DNA of 63,304 nucleotides, counting the filler, from Basidiobolus ranarum (Eukaryota), in assembly GCA_040143965.1 (NCBI GenBank). It is 21 parts of 21 records of this genome, joined end to end, with 100 filler letters (N's around TTAATTAATTAA, not from the genome) between each part and the next. Parts side by side here need not be neighbours in the genome. Positions count along the whole stretch, not along the records: positions 12,115 to 15,040 come from JASJQH010009735.1; positions 15,141 to 18,065 come from JASJQH010009736.1; positions 18,166 to 21,089 come from JASJQH010009737.1; positions 21,190 to 24,111 come from JASJQH010009738.1; positions 24,212 to 27,132 come from JASJQH010009739.1; 16 more parts are not named here. One strand, written 5' to 3'. The notes beneath the pieces were generated by a model, which did not search any database, was not told the origin of the DNA, and worked only from the letters and a program-made list of their open reading frames with translations. Every line of letters begins with the position of its first letter. The first letter of the stretch is position 1. A program made the translations under genes and the position numbers. Of this stretch, positions 12,115-25,363 are shown piece by piece.

Positions 12115-12780
12115 CAGTATTGTCACAATATCTTAAAAGATTGATTTCTTGATTGTCACTTTGCTTAGATTAGTATTTAAGCTAAATAAAGTTTACACCA
12201 TCTGGTGCTTTTCATCCCCCCTAAGTGGCTAGCCACACCTTCTTCAAATGCACTATCATGCTGGAAATTGATACAAGATGATCCTTTGGTTTCTGAGTTA
12301 GCTTTACAACTTCATGAAACAAAACAGCCCAAAATTGTTGCTATAGATTTCCAGCTAGACCTTTGGAAGCAATATCTTGCCTCCAAGACACCTTTTTTTG
12401 ATCCCCATTATTTCAGGTTTTTGTCTTATTGTCCATTTGGTTTGTACTGAATATCTTCCTTTCTGCTTACCACCTGTACTCCTTAACACTATATTTACAT
12501 TTTCAGAACTGGATTACATGCGTCATCAAGTCAAGTATGGATATGATCCAGTTGTATCACAATATCTTAGAAGATTGATGTCTTGACTGTCACTTTGTTT
12601 AGATTAGTATATAAGCTAACTTAAGTCCACAGCACCTGGTGCTTTTCATCCCCCTTAACTAACTCCCCTATGAATTGTATTTCTATCTTGGCTTCTTTAT
12701 TTATTTGTGTTGTCTAACTTTAGATAAATAATGAATACACCTTCTGATGCTTTTCATCTCTCCTAACCCCTAACCCTAAG
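12115..12780 (+). mobile_element. Partial tandem repeat (period about 433 bp) of a retroelement-like 3' end; possibly Penelope-like
   Basis: 12115-12220 recurs at about 12548-12654, and the end motif TGCTTTTCATC recurs near 12748 followed by CCTAACCCCTAACCCTAA. A diverged homolog lies at about 56560-57020. Confidence 0.45.
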
Positions 12781-13259
12781 TGTTTTACACCTTTGATGAA
12801 TACTTAGTTGTGGAAGATAAGGCCATGACTATTGCAGTATTGTACCCCAGGACAAATGAGAAAAGGTCGAGAAGAAACAAAGCTTCTCTGCGGAGGTATC
12901 AAGCAATAAGGAAGCAAGGGTATTTGTGACTGCCAACTAAAATATTTCTGAAGAAGAGCAAGCTTCTTGAAGAAATCTTTGCCCATTTTTCAGTCTATCT
13001 TCTTACCTTCTGAATTTGGAGTAGACATTTGTGGACTCAATAACCAAGATATTGAACTCTAGAGATTGACTTTAAGATTATGGATGAGATTGAACTCAGT
13101 CCCAAAAGTATTGTGCAGAAGGAGCTTATAAAACATCGGTATACCATGGCATAGACCTTTCTCAATATTGGCTTTTTTGCCAATATAACATTATTCCTGT
13201 AACTTGACTTTGATCCTATCAACAAGGAAGTTGGCATCGTTGGAGACGGCAATGCTTTA

Positions 13260-13535
13260 GTGTCTTTAACTACTCATTATGATGTAGAAGAGTTTTTAGT
13301 TGCGATTCTCGCGGATTCAGAGAGTCAAAATCACAAAGTCAATCTTGTAGCGGATTTTGAGACCTTGAATGAGATCGTGTCAGGCATTGAAAATATCCAA
13401 AATGTAAAGCTCTCTGTTGCATATCATTCCGCAGAGGAAGCAATTTCTATCCTCAGCAGAAATAAGTTTGAACACCCATATCTAGCGATTATAGAAGAGA
13501 TTTCTTGGCAGTGGATATGCATATCAGAAAACTAA
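13260..13535 (+). pseudogene. Possible exon or gene remnant, unknown product
   Basis: 91-codon frame with globular-protein-like composition and retained CpGs; no recognised motif. Confidence 0.25.
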
Positions 13536-14267
13536 TGATATTGCAAGATATGCAAATGTTCAAACTACCACGATGCGAAATATCTGTTCATTGCCAGTAG
13601 CATTAATAAGAAAGTATGTTTATTTCCAAATTATCTGCGATTTTCTTCCCTTTTTGGGCAACTTACACAAAATCGGCTGTAAGTACTAAATGTGGTATGT
13701 GCCAGTCTAAATGGTTAACGGCAACTCAAATAAATTGTAGGAATTCCAATTTCTCCACTCAATAGAGCAATGATATAATCCTAATCCAGATAGCCTAACC
13801 ATATATATAGCGCCCATGTGAATTACAATGAATTATGTCTCATCCAAATCAAGATTGTTATAGCCTTGATCAGAATTTAAACTACATTAGTAATCCCATT
13901 TTTTCTATATAAATTTGATCAACTGTGATTGCTATGAATGGTATAACCTAGACAAATACTGGTCCTACTTTTCAAGAATTCTTGTAGAAAGAGATTGTTC
14001 CACTCAAAGAAGACATCAAAATGCATTTGATATCGTGGAAATTTGATCATCATGGTATTCTTACCGAGGTTGTTCATATCCCCAAACAAATCAACTGCCG
14101 TAATCCTGATTTTACTGAGTTTTTGGTTGATCACTCCTATATTTAAAATAGGAACACTCTAATGATATTGTCAATATATAATCAAAATTAACTTCATTTT
14201 TTTTGGGAAAATATATTTAGTTTATTTCTAATGAACATTGGGGATTCAAATCAATTTTTTTGTACAT

Positions 14268-15040
<773 letters not shown>

Positions 15041-16680
15041 NNNNNNNNNNNNNNNNNNNNNNNNNNNNNNNNNNNNNNNNNNNNTTAATTAATTAANNNN
15101 NNNNNNNNNNNNNNNNNNNNNNNNNNNNNNNNNNNNNNNNTTAGGAGTGGCTGTATGAGACAAAACACTCTTCTTGGTGATATGCGTATAGCTCAATCAA
15201 CACCCTTACAGCAATACCACCGATTACCGTAAGTGGAGATATGATTCGAATCCAGTGACTATCCCTATTGTACATTTCATTTGGCAACAGCCTTACCCAC
15301 ATGTAGAGCTGACTCATCTGTATTTGCTGAAGTGATTAGATCTTTGCAAAGACCTTAGAGAGTGCATAGATTAAGTGACCTCAGATCCTCTGTTTCCTTG
15401 GATTTATTTGTTTCGTTGCGGCTCTTATCCAATGGGCTCTAAGCAAGAAGCTCCCTGACACTGGGAGAAACCTAAACACTACGGTTGGATGATGGACGCA
15501 CCTCTAAAAGCACCACATCACACAGCCAGAAATCACTGATCTGTGGGCATGGAGTGGGCCAATATCCCCGCATTCCTATCAAACACATTAATTAACCTCC
15601 TTTCCCGTCTGGAATTGTATCGCACTCATACAGATGCAGTGCCACAAATACACTCAACTCATAACTCGACTCCTCATCATTCCTATATCAAGGGCATGTT
15701 GAATCCTAGATATTAGGGACGCTTCAGTAGCTCGGAATGGTGAGTAATTAAACTGGTTGTTTGAATGCAGCCTCTGAATTGAACAGCTGAAACCGAGAAT
15801 TGTATTAACCCATTCAATTCAATGTTTCAACCCCCTAAATGCCGAGTTGATGCGGAACATTGAGCATTCAACTTTCATATGACTGTGCAGCTCATATGGC
15901 CAGCAGCCTGTGCGCCTAGCTCAGATATGGTCTCATCTAATGGTTTCCTGTTACCCGTCCACCTCACCGATGTCATGCACTCTGCATTCTATCAGCGCAA
16001 AGCAAGTATGTCGTTGTTGAACATTGGTAATGAGGGTTTCCTGGTCCATGGTATTTCTACATACTTGATGGTAGTTTTCATTATCACTTTTTTGTAGCCA
16101 ATTGGCACTCTCTGCTTCATTTATTTGTTAATTTGGTATACGGCGAGTGCCAAGATTAAATATGGCTTTCTTGATTAAACTTATTTATACTTGCGGGTCA
16201 TAAGTTCTCAATATGGTTCTAAACCGTTTTGCTCCTTGCAGCTTTTGTGCAAGTTACCTTCCTTTTATACCACTATCTTTCCTCCCAGATTGCTATGGGG
16301 TTGTTCAACATTCGATACTTACTGAGCAAGGAAAATCCTTGACCTAAAAATACTAGCACAATCTAATACAGTTGCTGTATTATCACTGCTGCCTATTCGT
16401 CCATTTAACTATCTGTCGACTGCAGGTATCTACCATATTATCTTATCAAAATCTATCGAAAAGTCTGGTTGATGATGAGCTTTATGCTGGAAACCCAGCA
16501 TGTCCCATAATTGAATATGTGTTTGGTAGATCGGATGATTTTTCCACCTTCATTTTTTCCATTCCTACAGAGAAAACGATCTTAATCTCTCTTTAAAATT
16601 AGTTCAACCTCTTCTTGCTTCCCTTGATTGACCTTTGAGCCTTTCGCTCAAATTCACTTCCTCCTTCCCATATTTTCTTG

Positions 16681-18065
16681 ATGAATTACACACAACAGGA
16701 GCAAGGTTTGATTGTCCACCCTTCGGATTCGCTTCCCCCGAATCCTGGACACCCATATTTTGAAATGAGAGAAGTTGACGATGTTGGTACACAGATACGT
16801 CAACAACTCACCAACTTTCACGCAACTCTGGTTTCACACATTGCTGTTGAAATGAGGTCTCTTCACGACCGTATTGGCGTTATCGAAGGTAAATTAGATG
16901 AACTCATGGATACAGACTCTCGTACTCTACAAATGAGACTCTCAGAAATTGAAAATAAATTGAGTGAAGTTTCATACTCGCAACCTCCACAGAACAATGG
17001 TAGATCTATTGGGAACGGAATTGCCACTTCTTCAAGTAACGTTAATAATGGCATTGGCAACAATGGCAGTGTAGAAGGTAACACAGTGGTAGGAATTCCG
17101 CAGACTCCAACGTCTCAAAATAGACTAGGAGTAAACATACAACGGTTAAACCAAACACCAACTCCAATGACTCCTTCAACCACCGGGACCAATAGCTCTG
17201 AACAAAGTCCAGCAAGTTTGGCTCAGACCGGAATGATGGTGCCTATAATGGCCAATTCTAGCAGAGAGTCTTTGGTTTCACAACTTCCCTCGGAAGAAAG
17301 CGCCAAAGTGAAAGTCTTACTCCGGCAGTTTGCTGGGAAGGCTATGTCTCATATAGAACAAAATGCGCCCAACTACGCAAGTGTCAATAATCACGTTGGA
17401 GGTACACTATCTACGATATTCTTTCACTTCTCTCAATGACCAACTTTAACTCGTTAACATATAGCAATAACAACCATGAAGAGTTTTGATATTTATGACT
17501 CGCCTACGTGGGATCAGTTTGTGGAAGCAAACTTTCCCCACATTTCTAAGCCTGATTTGAAAGATGAACTCGTAAAAATTGTGAGTGTTAAGGTCAAAAA
17601 TACCAAAGCTCGATACAAGAAGGTAAATATTCACTTGTAAATGATATATTATTGAAATTAGGAAATATGCTCGGTTATTGACGGAGTTATTTCTACACTT
17701 TAGAGAGCGTCCGGTTCTCAGCATTCTCAACTTAATCAACAACTACAACTACCTGATCCTATGTCTGAGGTTTGTTCAGAATTTATTCTAGTTAAAGCAC
17801 TACACAGCTTTTTAACAATTAACTTAATCAGAGTGAAGCGAGTCCATCGCCCAAAAAACTATGTACGACCCCAACTGGACTGAATGAAAATGCACTTTTA
17901 GCGCAACAATCAGTGCAGCTGCCACAAACCCATGCACATCCACTTCAGCAAACATCAAATCAGCAACGCCAGCCAGCCCACCCATCACAATTACACGCAC
18001 ACCAACAGCAGCAACATCTGCAGCGGCAACATATACAACAATTCCAGCAACATCAGTTACAACAG
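16681..18065 (+). CDS. Uncharacterised coiled-coil, Gln-rich protein, 3'-partial; exons 16681-17401, 17465-17622, 17704-17769, 17832->18065
   Basis: Three GT-AG introns join four frames without stops. Heptad segment LHDRIGVIEGKLDEL...LSEIENKL, basic KVKNTKARYKKR and a Q/H-rich tail. Confidence 0.75.
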
Positions 18066-18630
18066 NNNNNNNNNNNNNNNNNNNNNNNNNNNNNNNNNNN
18101 NNNNNNNNNTTAATTAATTAANNNNNNNNNNNNNNNNNNNNNNNNNNNNNNNNNNNNNNNNNNNNGTCGTGTTACAATAAATTCTACTAATTGCCCAAGT
18201 CATTACCTGGATGTTCCCAGTAATTAGTCTCGTGTGAGCAACTTGGATTTTGTATGTTCAATTAAGGAACCCAGGCTTGAAATTGTCCTTTTTTCCTAAT
18301 CAATGAACATTGAATTCACTAGTTACCCTATGTACTCCGAATTCACTCGTGACCAACGTCACTTATGGGTCTTCCACGCGTACACGTACACAGATTAGAA
18401 GTACATGTGGGGGTAAGAGTTACTTTCCATCATCAAGAGGTCGTAAGTTGAAGATAGGTGCCATATGATCATGACTACCTTGAAGGAATGCTAAACAATT
18501 TATGTAGTTATCATGTTTCTTCATATGTGCTAATATCCTGGAAACACTATCTTGCAGTTATTTCTTTTTATTCCTAATGCAAAGAATGGAATAGACTTGT
18601 GAAATTCATTAGTTACTCTATGATTATATC

Positions 18631-18955
18631 AGTTGAAATTAGCATTTCCTACACACCTATACATCCATATATAGCTTAGTATTTAGTTATTCTATATTCC
18701 ACCCAGATATCCCCCCTTTTCTCAATTGGAACTTACAAGTTCTCAGATATATGGAATTTTCAATCTTGTGCTAGAAGCCCCTAAGGATGCACACATGTTT
18801 CTGGGACCTTCCTTAACACATTCCACATGTTAATTTTTTTATATTTTGACAAAGTTATAAATGATAATTTTCTACTGAATAAAGCAATACATGAAAATCA
18901 GCAATATCTCTAGTTCTCCAAGCCACTCTGAACAGGCTCTCAGAATAATTCAACA
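18631..18955 (+). repeat. LTR type B copy
   Basis: Full-length homolog of 4594-4942, ending CAACA. Confidence 0.75.
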
Positions 18956-19199
18956 GTAACCTTAGAGAAACTTGGGCAACATTCATCAGTACATGAGCAT
19001 ACACTTCAAAGATATAACTTGTATGTCAATCATTTGCAGTTATATTTATTTTCAGAGCAGGCTCAGTATTAATACCAACCCAATGAAAATTAACTTTGCA
19101 TGCTCTAGATTGGATCCTGATCCAAACAGTGGAATATCATCAGAAATCTTCATCAAAGCAGCAAATTGGCTTTCAACTGCTTTACATGGATTACTCTAT

Positions 19200-20060
19200 G
19201 GTTTTCTGACAGGGTTCCTGAGGTATTTTTTGCAATCAGTTGTTTAACTGCAATTTAATCCCATCTACACTATCTTAGTTCAGTTTTTGGCTTCTTTCAG
19301 GGAAAAATATTTTAGCATTTACCAAGCATTTATTAGCTATGCTTCTATACACCATTTGTCATGTTTACTATTGTCTACATGATTATCTCACCTGTAAAGG
19401 GTGTCAAAAATGCAATAAATTCTTCTTTCTACTTCAACAAAAGCACCTTATGATTAAGATTAAATACCTGCAAAAGTTTGATGCTTTTCTCCTCAATGCT
19501 CAATATGTGAAATTTGACATACATATTGCTGGGCTTCAAACTTGTTCTTGTTACAAATATATATTTCTTCTTATATCTTCTTACCATAATTCACCGATCA
19601 ATTTGGGCAAAAATTGGTTAAATATTAAGCCAGAACATTCCTTTAATAATTGTTGGAGCACACAACACTGCTAACATAATTATAGAACCAGAATCCCTCT
19701 GGCTAAATCCTGTACATATATTTACCTAATTCTCTTAAGTCCATAGGAATACTAGATCATACAATTCAAGCTGTTACAAATAATAAACACAAGCAGTACC
19801 AACTTTTCATAGGTCTCTGATGGTTTTCTTTATATTGCCCAGCCCCAAAATAATCCATGAGCACATCTCAATGTGATGTTTTAACCATCACAATGTGTGT
19901 TTGTACATTACTGAACAGCATTTGCAATAACTTGTAGGTAGCAATCTTCCTGAGATTTAATTGAAAAATTCAAAGGATTTACATCATGTTGTATTGCTCA
20001 ACATTTGAATTCAATAAGATGCTCCCAAAATATAAATCATTGTCCTGCAAATCACAAATA
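19200..20060 (-). mobile_element. Heavily decayed transposase-like sequence, tentatively KDZ/Zisupton-like
   Basis: CpG-poor. Broken minus frames give CDG..TLRCAHG...NI..PSETYE, then CVLQQ, KFEAQQYVCQ and TGEII in an order resembling KDZ motifs. Confidence 0.25.
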
Positions 20061-20599
20061 CGGTGAAAATGGAGCAAAGCAGGAATTAAATATAGAAAAA
20101 GTATTTATTTATTAAATAAACCCTCAAATTCTCTTGCAAATTGCTCACAAAACTGTTGAATCTGACACAAATCAGTGGTGATCAATGAATGTCATGAGAA
20201 AAACACTACAATATCACCACACAGATCCTAATTCTTCCTGTATATATTGGGCAAGTATATCTTAAGTATACCATTGGAATAGTTGCGTAGTCAATAATTC
20301 CAGACCTTGCACTTGTTAACCTCATGCAGGTAGAAATGTTGATGGATGCTAGAATGAAATATGGTAGTGTTTGGACTTGCTCAATTGGTGTACCTGTTGT
20401 AGAGATATTCTCTGAAATCTCAACATTTACAGAAAGATCAAATTTTTCATATATTACTATGTCATCAAGAGAGGTATGTTATTGAAAAAAGAATGAAAGG
20501 ACCTGAATTGAAAACCAGCTAACTTGTCCATGAAAGATCATTGAGGTGTTGGCTGGTTGACAATTCAATCCTGAATCTGTTCCTTATGAGAAATGCAAT

Positions 20600-20885
20600 T
20601 TGAAACACTAGAGAGAAACTAGCAAAAGATTTTGCTTGATCCTGATTACCACCAGAATGTTTAAATAAGGAACTGGAAAAGGACTGGAAACAAAGTCAAA
20701 AGGCTAGAAAGCTGCAGGGTACTTGGGTGCAGACCACAAGGAAAGACAAGACAAGACTAGACTGGACAGGGAAAATACTTTAGCAAGAATCTTCATTAAT
20801 AACCAGTGTTGATCAGACCTCAGTTGGATTAAGGAGAACAGGGAGCTTATATAGATATTGAGGGTTAGAACAATATATTTTGAGC
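20600..20885. repeat. Dispersed repeat, LTR-like, homologous to about 55740-55990
   Basis: Shared blocks such as GTACTTGGGTG(C/T)AGACCACAAGG, ACAAGACTAGAC and GGAGCTTATATAGAT. Confidence 0.65.
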
Positions 20886-20889
20886 ACGG

Positions 20890-21089
20890 TATTGGGAAAA
20901 TATGGGCTGTTTGGAGGAACTTTAGAAAAGTGGAGTTGTGAATAGCTTTGTGAGATAATTGTTTATTGACCAGAAATTAAGCATTTATACTTTTTGGTGG
21001 AAATACAGAAAACTAACACTGGGGTTGTGTTCAGAACATCTGTGGGAGTAAAATGAGCTATCTTTGGGGCAATTTGGACGAGTTTGAAA
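20890..21089 (-). repeat. Copia LTR type A, 3' part
   Basis: TATTGGGAAAATATGGGCTG... is near-identical to 55030 onward and the reverse complement of the end of 60936-61313. Confidence 0.8.
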
Positions 21090-22299
21090 NNNNNNNNNNN
21101 NNNNNNNNNNNNNNNNNNNNNNNNNNNNNNNNNTTAATTAATTAANNNNNNNNNNNNNNNNNNNNNNNNNNNNNNNNNNNNNNNNNNNNATGCCAATGCA
21201 TACCACAGCACATCATCCTAAAGCCACAACTTATGCTGGCCAAGGTAGAGGAACTTCAGCAGGATCAAACCAACCAACTCAGTGTAGAGGTTCAAGCAAA
21301 GTTCCTTCCGTTGAAATATCAAGGGGACAATAAAAGTAACAGAAGCAAGTCAGCATGTACTGCTTCAAAGCTAGGCAACTGCTGAATACTCTTGTTAATA
21401 CTTATATTTTGCTAAATTTACTGTATAGCACATCATACAAAATTGATATGGATAGCAGTTAAATGTAGCATAAATTGCTTTAGCTGGATGACAATTGCTT
21501 ATGTCTTTATGCACCACTGATAGCGTGAAATTGTCTTATATCAAAAAAATTTAATGATAGCCCATTAATGCAAGCAATTTTACTATATTTAAATGAAAGC
21601 CATCTGTCAATAAAAAGCCTGTGTAGCTGTATTGGCTCAATACGGCTCAATCTGTTCACATTCTCTCCCAATCAGAAGCTTACATGATTTAATGAATAAT
21701 TTGCTGATCTAAAAATGACGAATCAAGCAATCCTGATCACTACTCTCATACTGCAGATCAATCCATCATTGAGTGCTGTGATTTGTCACCAGTGTGTCAA
21801 ACCTACTGGTGTTTTGTAATGCACGAGCCATTGGGCCCAATTGAAGATTAGGATACTGTGTTAGTAAGGGACAAATGCTTGGCCTAAAACATGTGAATGT
21901 CTTGGTTATACAATTGATTGGGTAAGTTACAGTATAAATTGCTCATTGTTACACATTCAGTAATTAGTAAGTTAGAAATCAGGGGATGAACTTGTTTTGT
22001 CAGGTACCCAAAATCTTAATTTGGCAATACTAAATTGGGTAACTTGATACGGGCTGGCACAATATCTCCAGTAAAATCATCATATCCAATTGTGTTGGGA
22101 TAGTGCCATATTGTTCCTTATAGTGTCCAATTGAGTGTCATAGGACCCAGCCATGGTAATTGACAGATTATGCCAGATGGTGTGTTAGCAGGCTGGATTG
22201 AGCAGCACAATCTGACCTGGTCCAATGAAACAAGTCTATTATCCTTTTCATGCCACAATGTAAACATATAAAGAAGCTCTGCTATTATAATCACAAATT

Positions 22300-22900
22300 C
22301 TTGTGCTATGAAAACTAGCAGCTTTGTAGAAAAGATGCTCACAAGCATGGTCACTGTACAAAGCCACCCGCTGCACAAAGCCTGGTGAATATCAACAGAA
22401 ATAAATGCACAAAATTACTCTAGTTTTGCCCACAGAGTGCACTGGCTGTGCTTTACCTCAAAGTGTTGGTAATACTGCTCAAAAACAAGATACCCTAGAG
22501 TTACTGCAGTTATACAACCAGAATGATGTAGGTCAAAATGCAACTTTGGTCAAACTTGTAAGTCCTGACAACTTTGAGGATATGCTGCCAGATATTGACC
22601 TCAGTTATTCCACTACTGAAGGTAGTGTATCAGAAGATGAATAAGATGATGGTTTTGTCATGGACTCTTTGTCATTGGCAAGCACAAGTCCACTTAAACG
22701 CTTACAGTAAAGGAAGTAACTTTGATTATTCAGGAGTGGAGAGTTCAATCCAATTGTAGCAAACAGGCATTTATTTGTCTTCTTACACTTTTACCACAGT
22801 TGATTGGCAACTGCTGCTTACCACAGACCTGGGACAAATGGAAAACACCTGTCAGTTGTATGACTTACATTTCTTCAGTCAATAGACTTGTTCCATTTTA
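22300..22900 (+). mobile_element. CACTA transposase N-terminal region, decayed
   Basis: LYNQNDVGQNATLV and LLPQLIGNCCLPQTW are shared with 46304-46678 (-) and 6093-6386 (+). Confidence 0.75.
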
Positions 22901-22949
22901 TTGAGCCCAATCAGGCCAGCTAAAAGGTGTGCAAGCACAAATTGGCATG

Positions 22950-23300
22950 ATTGGCCACTATCTGGCATAGTGTTATTTACAATGTTATAAACATCAGTTT
23001 TACTACTATAGTATGTTTAGAAAAAGTACTTTTAGACATTATTGCATATTCAAAAGATGATGAAAGCTTTATTCATAGTGTTTTAATTCTAGAGCTCTCA
23101 ATGGATATCTTAGAGTATGAATGTATGGAGAAGTAATCAGGATTTTGAATACTTTGCTTAACTTTGAGTGTAGCACACAAAATGATATTCCTCTATACTT
23201 TCTAGCTACAATGCTTTATCTCTTTAGGAAACCAAAGCTATGATCTACTCTTGCTCTAAAATGGGATAAAATGTCATTATAAAGCTTGAACCTCTCTGCT
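22950..23300 (-). mobile_element. PIF/Harbinger (IS5-like) transposase 3' fragment
   Basis: About 23190-23285 nearly repeats 41840-41930 (RARVxHSFGFLKR). Confidence 0.55.
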
Positions 23301-23509
23301 GAGTTGGCCAGTTTAATCCTGCTGAAGCTACTCTATCTTGGCTAGCATGAGTTGTGGCTTGAGGTTGATGAACTGTGGTATGCAATGGCTTGTCTGGTCT
23401 AGTTTGCAGTTTATTTGTATCTATAGTCTCTTCAGATGTGGAGCCTTCACTTATTGAGTCAACCTGCCATTGCTGCTAGCTTGCAGTACTATGCATCGAC
23501 CCAGAATAT

Positions 23510-24010
23510 CTCACTTAAGGTTTGTGCTTGACAGTTGCTGATTCTTCAAACATGGTAGAGGCTTCAGCTCTTTCAACTGGCCATGGCCATGGTTGCATGG
23601 CAGTTTGTGTTGCAGTGAGTCATCTACCTTGAGGTTTATTTTTGGCCTTTCTTGCCTCTTGAACCATGGTAGAGGCATCATCTCTTTTGACTTGCCATGG
23701 CCATGATTACATGGCAGTACATGTTGGAGCAAGTCATGTAACTTGTGGTTTGTGTTTGGTGGTCATTACTTCTTCAGCCACAGTTAAAGCCTTATCTGTG
23801 TTGACTGGCCATTGTTTTGGTTGTATTCTAGTACATGTTGGAGCAAATTGTATACCTTGAGGTTCACATTTGGTAGTTCTTGCCTCTTCCACCATGGTAG
23901 AGGCTACATCTCTTTTGACTGGCTGCCATGACCTCTGTTGCATGGTGCAATGCATTGGAACATGCTGTCTGCCTTGAGGGTTGTGTTTGACAGTTGTGAC
24001 TTCTTCAAGC
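23510..24010 (-). repeat. Imperfect tandem repeat of about 114 bp, 4 or more units
   Basis: CATGGTAGAGGC..TC..T(T)GACT(G/T)GC-type units start near 23551, 23666, 23780 and 23893. Confidence 0.65.
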
Positions 24011-25264
24011 TCAATAGGAGCTTCACTATCTCTCTCAAACACCCATTGTCTTGCTCTTGTGGGGGTATGTGTTGTAACAGATTGCTGTCTTAGTAGATTG
24101 CTCTCAGGTATNNNNNNNNNNNNNNNNNNNNNNNNNNNNNNNNNNNNNNNNNNNNTTAATTAATTAANNNNNNNNNNNNNNNNNNNNNNNNNNNNNNNNN
24201 NNNNNNNNNNNCCCTCATTCATATATGCATTATAGTTGGGTCCGGTTTTATCACAGTAAAGGTCAAGGGATTTCATAAAGTTTGGACTTGTAGGATCTAC
24301 CGTAAATCCATCTACAAGTTTACCACCGGTACTCTGTTAATCGAAATTACATGCGAAGAAAATATAAGTATGAATATATTCTATGCCAAACTGCATTTCT
24401 CAATGCATTCACTATTTCTTTCGAAAGGGAACTCAGTTTGTCCTGATACCAATGTAGTGACGATGATGGAGAAGAGAGTAGAAGACAGATGCATGGCGGA
24501 TTGTTCGAATGTATGAATTCAGAGTGAGCTAGAATACTTTTATACTTTCAAGTATGACTATTCAGCCATTTACAGTGTACTACTGTAGCTTTTAGTGAGG
24601 ATTTCAAGTTTTGTGTTACCCATTTCGCGATGTTGGTACTACAAAACCTTGTGAAATGTTGATAGTTATCAGATGGGGATTACTAGCGCATTACACTGAC
24701 AAATGACTTTAACGTATGGAGTATTATATCTGAAAATACTATATCTAGCTGCTTTTGTGTTTAAAAGCTATGTGGAAACCAGTTATACCACATTAAATAC
24801 CCCATCAGTTAGTAATGGAAGGGGGTGGTTGACTCATACAGTATTGCTTTATATTGTTCTTCGACAGAGTGAAATATAAAATCCATACTTAATTTGGATA
24901 GATACTATTGTGGTGATAATATTTCGAATTGCAAATCGATGAGAAGTAATAAAAAAGTTATTCTTCGGGTATATAGCTTTATTTCTCAATAATGGTGTTA
25001 ATATTAACTCAAGCACTCAAAGTTGCTGTATATCTCGTACTTGTCTTGCGATATTTTGAAACACGTGATGTATGGCATTTTATTCTAATTGAAGTACTTG
25101 CTCAGTTCATCAAGTGGCTCTTTATTAAAGATCTTAGTAAGATTCAGTAACTGCCCCTTTATATCATGTGATTTCTAAGCGAGGCATATATATATACTGT
25201 GTTTTTATTGTAACTACTGATTCACAATAAACAGCTGTTAGTTCAGCATTTGTTACTACTGGTT

Positions 25265-25363
25265 ATTCGTGCTAAATTGGTCACCATCACTCGTAAGCAT
25301 GACAACCTCAATACGGCCTAAGCTAGCAACAGGAGATCAGCCTGTGTTAAATATAAAGATTAA
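25265..25363 (+). pseudogene. Fragment paralogous to the small secreted protein at 35391-35774
   Basis: IRAKLVTITRKHDNLNTA*ASNRRSACVKYKD* versus LRQKFVTITRKHDNLNTAKASNKKSARVKYQD. Confidence 0.8.

Noticed and set aside
12190-12800. Hammerhead ribozyme in the Penelope-like repeat (minus-strand GGGGATGAAA)
   Set aside because: No correctly placed CTGANGA core or stems were found on either strand.
15185-15265. tRNA-like A box (TAGCTCAAT) and B box (ATTCGAATCC)
   Set aside because: I could not form acceptor, D or T stems.
24212-24494. Possible small secreted gene starting MHLSSTLFSIIVTTLVSG on the minus strand
   Set aside because: The signal-like start is plausible, but I could not build a consistent exon chain before the contig end.
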